Positions 29,726 to 41,838 of a stretch of DNA of 64,000 bases are shown here, piece after piece (position 1 is the stretch's first letter; every line of letters starts with the position of its first letter). Source of the DNA: the human T2T-CHM13v2.0 reference genome, Homo sapiens; NCBI RefSeq assembly GCF_009914755.1, contig NC_060931.1. The stretch is one strand, 5' to 3'. The notes below the pieces were generated by a model. That model was not told the DNA's origin and searched no databases. It saw only the letters and a list, made by a program, of their open reading frames with translations. Both the position numbers and the translations under genes were made by a program.

Positions 29726-32700
29726 CTATGTAACAAACCTACACATTCTGCCCATGTATTCCAGAACTTAAAAAAAAAAAATCACTAAAGCCATAGTTTC
29801 CAGTTTAATTTTTAAAAATTAACATAAAAAGACACAAAAGACACCACTGAAGTTCATAATTGCCACGATGCCTTTATACCACAGCTTGCTCAGATAATCA
29901 CTGTAGGCTGGTGTCATTTTCCACTTCCTGTTGGCCAGGAGGAAGTTCTAGTGATAAGCATGACGCCAACCTCTTCCCTAGCTCACACTTACATACACAT
30001 GTCCCCCTCCGGAAACGCGCTGGGCTGCCTCTTACAGGCTCCCAGGCAGTTCAGCAAACAGTAAAACCTTATTCTACTCTTGAGAAATCTATTATTCCTG
30101 CTACTCCTAGAAAGAAAATTTTTCCCTTTTTCCCACTCTCAATTCTCTTGTCTCTGAGTTGCATTTATAAAACACCTTCTTTCCCTCTGCTTTTTCTTTG
30201 CTCTCCTCTTTTTGCCTTTAAATATTAGAAGGATCTGTCACAACTAATTAAATCTAGAACTGCAGCTGATATACTATAAACTGGGAACGGAACCACAGCG
30301 CGTCCATGAGGGCATTGTCTGTCTGTGTGGCCTAGCTCCTCCTGCTGGTACTCTTCTGCTGTCTCTAGTCCGTGATGTACTCCTTTGTTACACATGGCCC
30401 ACTCATGACCGCCCGAATCAGCCACAGTAGGCGGTATTCTTAACCTTAATTAGGAAGCTTTATTCTTAGAATATAACATCAAGGCTTAAATTATGAAGTA
30501 GACTCAAGTTCCCAATTGATGAGATTCTGCCCTATTTTTGCAGCTTCCATTCCAATATTTTTCCTCTTTCCCTTTGCCAGCCTCTACCATGTAGTACTTT
30601 TTAAAATTTTCTCCTTTTCTCACTCACAGGTAATTCATTATTACTTAAGTATGAAGTAATCGGTGAAGTGATACCTCTCAGGACGATTTGCCTTATAAAA
30701 GCACATCCTTGGGAGCAGAAAAATTCAAAGAACTGGTTTCCTAATGGGGCATTTCAGGATATTTGACATTCCTATTTTGGCTGGTCATACTTCTTCATCT
30801 TCAATTGGCTCTCCTGGAAACACCTGCTGATTTTGTCGGCTCTGAGGCAGTGCTGAGCAGTAAAAGGAGAGTGGCTTGTCTTCATGCCTAACTAAGTTCC
30901 AGTACTGAGCTGACCAAGGACAAGCATGGGATTAGCAAATTATTTAAATGTATTATATCTTGGTTTCCTGATTTCTATGATTACTATATCTGAACCAGGA
31001 TATAATAATGATAAAGGATATAATATGGAATAATTTGTCATCTGAGTCAGGAACTTTTGACAGTGAAAGAGAGTATCATTAATAGTTACACAAGGATAAT
31101 CCTGAAAGTATGGTCCCTCTACTTGTAGTTTAAAATAAAATCAGTTATACTGTTTAGCAGAGCTACCGTGAAGGTTAAAAGAAACAATTTACACAAACTA
31201 TGTTGCATTGAAATATTAGTCTCTTTCCCATAAGTTACTCCCAGCTTCTAAAAACAACACTATAGATACCAACATTTTAAAACGAGGATTGAATTAAATA
31301 CCTTTGTCATTACAAAGACGATGCCTCCTTAAAAATTTATTGTTTAAATTTGTGTATTTGCCAATGTATGTGTGTTTTCCCCCATTATCATCTAAGACAA
31401 AATATTATCATAATAATTTAAAAATTAGTAAAATAACATTTTTAAAACTTTCAGTATTTTTGGGGTGTTAAGACTTACAGTGACTTAAATATTCTGCAGG
31501 ACTTTTCACCTCAAACTCCTTTCAATTTAAGTGAAAGAGATTATGCCAGTGATTTTTAAGTGTTGTTTTGTTCTTATTATCTTAATGTTGTTTGAATTTG
31601 ATCTCTTAGAATCTATATATCTTATAGAAACTAACATGTAGTTATAAGCCTCATATAAAAAATTGTTCTGGACATTAGGGCGAATAAAAAGTATCACCTT
31701 TGTTTTCCTTAGCCCAATATATTCTATCTTTTAAATACAACTTTTCAAAGATTTCTTCTGAAGACCTCACAGATTTCATATCCACCTCCCCAAATGAATG
31801 AGAGTTTCCATCTAACTGGTATTGTGAATTTTAATGTATTCTTTTTTACTTAATTCTCAAAGATAAACCAAAATTTTGGCTTGACTGGGAGTTTTATAAA
31901 ATTAAATGTGTAATACAGGAATATGTGTATCATTGACACTTGTTATAAATGATAGAATGTTGAAAGCAAACTCACCAGGCAATGACTCATACATTTTGTT
32001 TGGGCATACCTTTTTAAATTTTAAAATAGTATTGTTATTTTTCAACCATTACACTCAATTTTAAAATGTTGGTATTTCAACACCTTGTTTTTGTTTTCTT
32101 CATAGAAATCTGTGCTAGGTTTTGTTGCAATTTCCATAGAGCAATGCGTCCCAAAGTGCATGATGTTAATATGTGTGGTGAACACACGTATATACATACA
32201 AGTTTCCATAATCAAATCAGACTGGACAGATCTTGTGCTCTGGGATCTTCTTTTGGAGAATCACAGATCGTCTTTATCACAGAACATCTTTAAGGCCAGC
32301 AGAATACATTTCCACTTTGGGATTTGCTTTTATAAAATTTAGCTAAACATTGTGCGGATCACGGGCTTTCAATGGGGTTTCTTTAATGTACTTAGAAATA
32401 TAGTCGTATCTCCCATGGTTTCACTACTGTGTTTCTGAAAATACTGATTATAAAAGTTCTTTGATAATAAGTCTAGTGATTTTTAGTTTAACAGAATGAA
32501 CTAGACTTAATTAGAGAAAGGGGAATAAAGATAAAAGAGTTTTTCAATTTTGGACTTTTGAGATGAAGAATTTTTTAGTTAATTATTTTTAGGAAGTTAC
32601 TATTTTCCCCTTTGTGTACCAAATTCTATATATCTTAATATTTGCTATTGAGAAAATCATGTACTGGCTTAACATCAATGCTATCACATTGATCCCTGCT

Positions 32701-33394
32701 GCCGCCTTTGAAATGGCTCTGGAATATTAATTTTCTAACACTCTCTTTAGATCACAACATTAATAGCTGACTGTCTAAAAGAGGGGGAAGTTTGCGAATA
32801 ATTCATTATTATAATATGTTTGGTAATTTTAGTTTAAACACAATACTGAAAACTATCCTATTTGGTACTGGCCCTATAAAGTTTAGGACATATGGGATGG
32901 GATAACCACATCTGAATTAGCAAATCAATGTATTTAAACAAACAAACAAAAATTTAAGAAGATGTGAAGAATACATATACCTTTGTAAGATTGTTGATAT
33001 GGATCTAGATTTTTCGTTACCCATAGGAGACATCTTGGGCCACTTCCTACTTGTGTTCAATTGCCAAAATTCCTCACTCACTTCTATAATGAGAAATTTT
33101 GAGTGGACACTCTCTAGGACCCTGTCGTCACTGAACGCCCGTTGTGTAGCCAAGAAAGATCATAATTCCTTGGTCTTGATCTTACTGGGCTCTTACAGAT
33201 TCTTAGTGGTCTGGACCACACCTCCCTCTGTGCGTAGATATCGTTTCTATGAAATTTCTGGAGAATGGTCAGGATATCTAGGCAAAAAGCTTTATCAAAT
33301 ATTTACACACTGAATTTTTCTTTCTAAACCATTCAAGAATATAGGCAAAATGTGTTTACGAGAATAATCATTTAATATTCCTTTATCCCTTTGC

Positions 33395-33701
<307 letters not shown>

Positions 33702-35684
33702 TAACTTTATTCATAGAGAGTCTTTAGTATTTTTCACATCTCAAATAAGGAGGTGGAGAATTTTTGTGAATGATTTCTACCATCAGAAATATTCATTTTA
33801 AAAATAAAATTCTTCACAGCCTGAAAGCACTTTCATGCTGTACTTATGCAGGTTTGACTCTCAGAGAATATTTTCTAAATGTGTGAACAAGTACATAAAA
33901 TATTATTTACTGCATATATTATTCTACTAATTGTAAATTTCAAATACTCATTGCTTATATGTAGGAATCATTTGTTAAATCAAGAGTTAATATTTGCTGG
34001 TACTTTTCTTGTTCCAAAAAACTATCTCACAAATTGTTTGGTCACTGTCGTAGCCAATTGGAATCTAGACTATAATAGCAGATGAGTAACAACAACCAAC
34101 GCAATTATCATCATAAATAAACTAGAAATTTAAATCTCATTTTTAAAAATGAATATTCAGAGTCATTAGAGAATGGCCCTCTCATATCAACATTCTTTCA
34201 ACACTTCCAATATTGTAGAACAGAGACCATGAGGATAATGTTGAGCTGATAAAGCATGCCTTTCTTATCTCAAGATATTATTTCACATACATGGCTTTCG
34301 ACTTGTGCTGGCTTTTGGGTAACAGAATACATTGTATCGGTCCTTAACACTGTATCTGGCTCATAAGAAATACATTCTGTAACCCAGTAGAAGCAGTGTA
34401 GCCTACAAGAAGAAATGAAGGCCAGGAAAGAATAGGGCAAGTCCACAAGTAGCCGTTTGGGAAGCTCACATCAGCTGGTTGGTGAGTGGCATTGAACAGA
34501 GTTCATTCAATAGACAAGTTTAGGCCATAAAAAAACTGCACCTGTAAAAACTATAGTTCAAACCTGAAAATTACAATTCCTCTATACCAAATGAGTGACT
34601 GTATTTTTCAATATCTACTCTCCTGTGATTAAATTCCATGCTTTTGTGACTATTTATCCCTTTTTCTTTATTTTACTTATTAAGAGGCAGACCAAATTAT
34701 TTCCAAGACAATTGGGAGGACTTAATCTAATAATGACTCTGTTAGCAACCGGCTCAGGTCATACTTATTAAAATGAACAGACCCTTCTCTTAATACCCTT
34801 AGCAAATTAGTGACTTTTTCACATTTTTTTCTTTCAGAATTAAGAAATATAGAATTGTTCTTTTATATGCATGCCTTGCAAAAGTAATTCTAAAAAAATT
34901 GTCACTAATAAGAATTCAAAGCAGTGTAGCCTTTGTTAGCTGCCTTTTCTATACACCAAGAATGAGCAATCAACATTGTTTACTCATCCTCTTGCTTTAA
35001 AACTCAGATATATGCTTGACGCGAATATTGCTGACAATAAAACATGACATTTAAGACAGTCTATTTTTATTGTTCTTGCCTCTTTAACATCAAAATGTAA
35101 ACACAAAATGTAGAAAGATTTCTTCCCCAGGTTTTCACCCAAAGGTCATTTTATTTTATTTCCCTTAGCTATTATGATTTTCTTAGCAAGGTAAGGAATT
35201 CATGTTGCTTTTATTTTGCTTGGTTTTCATTCTCAGCAACTTTTGCAATGTATTTCCTTTGCATCTGTCTTCTGCTTTAAAATTGATAGACAATGGTATC
35301 TGTTTGAACTGCGGGTCCTTGTCTGCAATATGTCTGTAACCACCACCTCACCAGACATCCACAACCGGAAAGACTCTTCTGCCTCCAGGATGAATTATTT
35401 TGCATTACAAGGTTTGTGCCTGAGCATATGTATGAATAATGCATAATTAAGCGTGTTCTATAATTTTCTCTAGCCAGTGTCTGGCACATACATATTTGGA
35501 TGGATAACGAATTGGGTTTTGTTTTGTTTTCAACCCTCTGCTTAGACCACCAAATAAGTCTTATAAGGATCTACTCTTAAGATGATGAAAAGTATTGTTG
35601 ACTTCCTTACTCTTCCTCCCTGAGTGTTCTAGAGGGTGGAAGTTAAAATCACGTGCTTCTGAGGTGTACAGGCTTCTATGGTAC

Positions 35685-36784
35685 TGTGTGCGGAATTGGT
35701 GGGTTTTTGGTCTCGCTGACTTCAAGAATGAAGCTACGGACCCTTGCGGTGAGGGTTACAGTTCTTAAAGAGGGTATATCCGGAGTTTGTTCCTTCAGAC
35801 GTCCAGATGTGTCTGGAGTTTCTTCCTTCTGGCGGGTTCGTGGTCTCGCTGACTTCAGGAATGAAGCTGCAGACCTTTGCGGTGTTACAGCTCTTAAAGG
35901 CTGCACGTCTGGAGTTGTTCCTTCCTTCTGGTGGGTTCGTGGTCTCCCTGGCCTCAGGAGTGAAGGTGCAGACCTTCACGGTGAGTGTTACAGCTCATAA
36001 ATGCCGCACGGACACAAAGAGTGAGCAGCAGCAAGATTTATTGTGAAAAGCGAAAGAACAAACCTTCCCCCGCGCATGAGGGTACCCGAGCAGGTTGTCA
36101 CTGCTGGCTGGGGTGGCCTGCTTTTCTTCCCTTATCTGGCCCCACCCACATCCTGCTGATTGGTCCATTTTACAGAGAGCCGATTGGTCCGTTTTGACAG
36201 AGTGCTGATTGGTGCATTTACAGTCCTTTAGCTAGAAACAAAAGTTCTCCAAGTCCCCACCAGATTAGCTAGACATAGAGCACTGATTGGTGCATTTACA
36301 AACCTTTAGCTAGACACAGAGTGCTGATTGGTGCGTTCACAGTCCTTTAGCTAGACACAAAAGTTCTCCAAGTCCCCACCAGATTAGCTAGACACAGAGG
36401 GCTGATTGGTGCTTTTACAAACCTTTAACTAGACGGAAAAGTTCTCCAGGTCCCCACCCTACCGAGAAGCCCAGCTGGCTTCACCTCTCAATGGCACTGG
36501 CCACGGGACTTTGTGGCACCTAGCCCAGGCACTCCAGCAGCCCAGAGGGAGCTTGTCCCCCAAACAAGCCCAGCAGGCGCGGGCCGGCCACCAAGCCGGC
36601 GCCCACCTGGAACCCGTGTGGCCTGAGAGCAGAGGGAGCGGACTCTTGCCTCTGCCAGCCCCAGAGGGGGACCCCCACAGCACAGCAGCGGGCTGAAGGG
36701 CTCCTGGAGTGCGGCCAGAGTGGACGCCGAGGCCGAGGAGGCACCAAGAGCCAGGAAGGGCTGCTAGCACATTGTCATTTCTCA
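35685..36784 (-). mobile_element. Solo LTR12D-like (ERV9) LTR with 4-bp TSD GTAC
   Basis: tgtgtgcggaattggtggg...gctagcacattgtcatttctca; gtac at 35681-35684 and 36785-36788; tandem ctgattgg (CCAAT) repeats. Confidence 0.95.
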
Positions 36785-37245
36785 GTACTAGAGTCATAGG
36801 GATTGCTAGAGACTCTTCTCGTATTATGGTAAGGTCATATGTTCTCATAGGATCATATAGAATTCCCAGAGGAGGATGATTAAATTTATTCCAACAAGAG
36901 GCTAATAAAGCAGAAATGATGACTTCTTTACTGTTGAAGGGCTGGCAGTCCACAAAAACAAGTGCCAAGAAGGCCAAAATAGCAAAGGATGTTACCACTG
37001 CCCCCACCACATTTATATTCCCAAACCTTCCACACACCTACATTCACATTCAAATAGTATTAAAGTATAAGCACTTCTCATTGGTCTTCAGGTTTTTTTT
37101 TAATTAGATAGATCAGTCTTCTTAAACAGCATTAACATGTTTAAGCTTCCTGTCCTTTGGTAGTGACTTAAGTTGTCAACTTCCTTAAAAGTCATTACTG
37201 ACGGCAAAGTATTTCTTTTTGGTCATTTCAAGACATCCACGTGTT

Positions 37246-37277
<32 letters not shown>

Positions 37278-37449
37278 CGTCTATCTCTATCTCAGAACTT
37301 ATAATGAAGTATTGTATTGTAGACTTATTTTTCTGACCCCAAGAGACTGGGTGGGTGTCACCTGAAGACATGTCCTGTGTATCAAGTATCCATGAATACT
37401 TGACATACAGGATGATGCCAAGAACAGAGCTGATATTCACAAATGTAGA

Positions 37450-37655
37450 AATAAATGCTTGTATGTACATATTATTTTATCTGATCCTTACAAAACCCTA
37501 GGAAGAAATTCAGAAGTTACAAAACTCAGTTTGATGAATAAGAAAACTGAGATTCACCAAGTTTAGATTCTTGCCTAAGGTCACAGCTAACAGAAACTGG
37601 ATCTGAGTATTTGAAATTAAGTCTTCTGACTTCAAAATAATTCACTATTCTGTCC
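37450..37655 (-). mobile_element. MIR
   Basis: aagaaaactgag...ttgcctaaggtcacagcta...gtcttctgacttcaaa. Confidence 0.75.
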
Positions 37656-38859
37656 TCCACTTGTCTTCCCTGACTTTGTGAGAACTTTTCTTTTGGAAAA
37701 ATTTGAATAATATTTGAGTTGGTTATAAAGCATAACTAAAGTTTTCCCACTGGTGTTTTAGAACACAAAAAGAGACATTTCTCTTTCATTTCTGAGAAGC
37801 GTATATTGAGTAGATTTTCATTCAGAATGCCTTTGTGATTTCTTTGCATGTTTTTTAATCTGTTTTAAATAATCTGAAAGTAAAAGAAGTTATTTTAAAT
37901 ATTTGCATATAATGATGTATTTGTTAAAAGCATATCTTTTTTTCACTATACTAAAAGCCTAGCCAAAATTGAAATCAATTTAGTCTAATTTTTGAACTTG
38001 TATTATGTGGGGTGGCAGGCAAAAAAAAAAAAGACAAACCTGTACTCTAAATATTATATATGTGGGAACCAGTAAAGATTTGAACAGAACAATGAGACCA
38101 ACATTCTCTCTACCAGAAAAGAATTTAAATAAGAAAAAACTACTGATATGCAGCACCAATACGCTAGAATCTGACAGAAGCTGTATTTTTAAAGTCACTA
38201 ACACTCTTAATATTCAAAACACACCTGGGAAAAAGCAGTAAGTCAGTACAAAGTGAAAGAAAATGAATAACAGGAGTAAACCTCAACCACAAAATATAAA
38301 GTATGTGAGGCCTACTAGATATGCCGTAAGTGGATCTACATTTAGTGTGAGATGAGAACAATCTGGCATCAATAATAACAATATCCCATTGTATGATCAT
38401 TATCAATCACTAAATGCTTTCTTCCCTTTCAAATAAAGGATTCAGCATTGTGACATTTTGCCTTTCATTTTGTTGTTGTTTAGTAGAATGACCATACTTC
38501 CTGGAAAACTAGAAACTCCCAAGGGAATTGATTCATTCTTTTCTCCCAAACTTCTTTCTATCAAGTATTAAATAAAGTAAAGCAAAGACTCATTTGACCA
38601 AATCTTTCAAAGTTACCATTATCTACCTTCTCTATAGATTATTTAAGACAATCATTGATGATGGAAAATAATTTTCTAAAGACTGTTTCCAAGAAGCACA
38701 AAATACTTTTGGTTTTTAATTCAAAATCCTGTATTTGAATTTCAACAATTCAAACAAGAAATTGGAAACCAAATATTGGTATTTTGTACACCAAACTGTG
38801 TTTGTTGGTTTCATTCCCAAAGAAATAGCACTAACTAGGAAGAGAAGTATGAGTTTTAG

Positions 38860-39289
<430 letters not shown>

Positions 39290-39348
39290 GATTTGGTCAG
39301 TGATTTCTATGCAGGGGCCTGGAGACAGGCTTTGAGTACCTCAGTCTT

Positions 39349-39869
39349 TTTTTTTTTTAACTTTAAGTTCTGGGGTACACGTGTGGAATGTGCAGGTTTG
39401 TTACACAGGTATACATGTGCCACGGTGGTTTGCTGCACCCATCAACCCGTTATCTACAATAGATGTTTCTCCTAATGCTATCCATCCCCCAGCCCCTACC
39501 CCCTGACAGGCCCCAGTGTGTGATGTCCCCCTCCCTGTGTCCGATGTTCCCCTCCCTGTGTCCATGTGTTCTCATTGTTCAACTCCCACTTATGGGTGAC
39601 AACACGTGGTGTTTGGTTTTCTGTTCCTGCCTTAGTTTGCTGAGAATGGCGGTTTCCAGCTTCATCCATGTCCCTGCAAAGGACATGAATTCATCTTTTT
39701 TTATGGCTACATAGTATTGCATGGTGTATATGTGCCACATTTTCTTTATCCAGTCTATCAGTGATGGGCATTTGGGTTGATTCCAAGTCCTTGCTATTGT
39801 GAACAGTGCCGCAATAAACATACATGTGCATGTGTCTTTATAGTAGAATGATTTATAATCCTTTGGGTA
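39349..39869 (-). mobile_element. 5'-truncated L1PA (about L1PA7-8) with TSD tcagtctt
   Basis: L1 3' UTR and ORF2 end (ORF 39579-39821); TSD at 39341-39348 and 39870-39877; internal 21-bp tandem duplication at 39522-39563. Confidence 0.93.
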
Positions 39870-41337
39870 TCAGTCTTAATTTAGCATCTTGTGGTTCCAA
39901 GTGAGAAGTTTAGGTAGACAGACCCAGAGATGCCAATCAGAACTCAACATGCTCCTTGCAGCACTGGGAAAGAAAACGCAGGGTGGAGGAAGCACACAGT
40001 CAGTGGTTATGACAGAGATAAAGAATGCTGATGCTTTGTTACAGCTTCACTTTCATGTATTTGTGAGCTCTTTCTAACTTTTCCTTCCACTGATATGACA
40101 TACATTTGGAAATTATCAGTTCTCCTCAGCAATTTATCAATGAAATGGCAAGGATTCACTAAGGAGTGATAAACAGGCAGGATGTTTTGTCAACAGCCTG
40201 AAATACGTTAATCAGCTTCTGGAATGCCAACAATTTAAATTCAAATAGATTTCTCACTGAGCCTGAGATCTAAAACCCTGTGATGCTGTTTCTGTTTATT
40301 GGATTAATGTAGATTTTAGGTTCCTTTGTCCTCAACTCTTGGGAATCCCCCCTACTATTTTTTTCTTTGTTTGGATGGCTTAGTTGGAATAGAAAAAAGT
40401 GTGGTTGATTTCTTCAGAAGTGTTATCTGTGTGACCTCATACTCAACTGCGGGAATAACAGAAAGGCAGAAATCGGGAAATAAAAATCCTGTTGCCGAAT
40501 GAGAATTCTACATCTCACTGCCGTTTGGAATGGTACAGTGATTCATATTTCAGGCACCTCAATTAGACATTCATTATTCATAAACACTTATGTAACTCTG
40601 AGTTATTCAGGCTGGGAGAGAACATTGCAATCTTTCTTTTTCCTTTTCTTTATTATATGACATCTTATATCAAAAAAAAAGAAAAAGCTAAAAAAAAAAC
40701 ACTCTGCTACATGTAAATCTGAACTATTTATTTTAGGCAAAATGGCATGAATAAAACAAAGCTGATCTACATTTGGCTTTGTCTTGTCAAAGAAGCAATC
40801 TGAACAAATAGGCTAAGATCAATTCTATTAGAGGTGAAATACGGACCAAGATACCAACATTGATCCCTTCAGCCATGGCCCTTGCATATAGTTCCAATGT
40901 ACAATAATACAGGTCAGGACCTGGAAAGGCCTAAATGATAAGACTAAGTGTCAAAATCAGTGTTGAAAGGCTGCTCAAACTACAGAAAATGAGGTATCCA
41001 GGCATTTAATAAGCATGCATTGAGCTAAGCACATACCACCACTAAAGATTCATTTGCATGTGGGATTAAAACATCTGAAAAGTTGACAAGGGAACGTTTT
41101 AGAGACTCTGAGATGGTGACATCATTATGACACAAGGCACTGTTGGTCTGAAGCACACTGGTGAGTGTCCCCAACCATAAATTTGGAGATAGTTCAGGTG
41201 GCATCTGAGTATTAATCAAAAGAAAATAGATACTTGTCTTACTCGATGAAAATAATAATTATTTTTTTTGAAGGGGCATCAATAATTTAACAAATATTTG
41301 TGGTTTACTTTGTGTTCAGAACATGTTGTAGTCTATG

Positions 41338-41838
41338 TCAGCACTGTCTGGTAAAATACATGGTGAGCCATATATGTAATTTTCAATTATCTAATACCTG
41401 CATGGAAAAAAACTAAAAAGAAACAGGTGAAATACATTTTATATGTTTTAGTTAAACTAAAATATTGAAATATTGTCATTTTGTTATGTAATCAATATAA
41501 AAATTATCAATTTGCTACTTTACATTTTTCATACTAAATTTTTAAAATCTGGTGTGTATGTTACACTTATCTTGATTCAGAAACTAAATTTCCATCAGAA
41601 ATACTTCATCTATATTTAAATTTCACAACATTTATGGTTTAAACACTGGACTCACATAGCCAAATTGCTCCCAAAATATCTAAAATGTTCTCCTATAAAT
41701 GAATTATCAGTTTTAAAATATACATTTAAATTATTTAAAATAAAATAGCAAATTTAGATCTGCAGTCTCTCAGGCATGTGTTAGTCCTTCTAGCAACATG
41801 CCAAGTCTGAGTAGCCACAGGTATTGACACCTGCACCT
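41338..41838. mobile_element. Charlie1/MER33-family DNA transposon fossil
   Basis: gagccatatatgtaattttcaatt...aaaagaaacaggtgaaat...aaatctggtgtgtat...gtagccaca. Confidence 0.75.

Noticed and set aside
32468-32509. 10-bp inverted repeat taagtctagt/actagactta
   Set aside because: Short and AT-rich; compatible with chance and lacks supporting context
36155-36460. Regularly repeated units that could be mistaken for a CRISPR-like array
   Set aside because: Normal LTR12 U3 tandem CCAAT repeats in a eukaryotic genome; no unique spacers or cas genes
35653-37037. Cluster of overlapping ORFs up to 192 aa
   Set aside because: GC-rich LTR12 sequence with few stop codons
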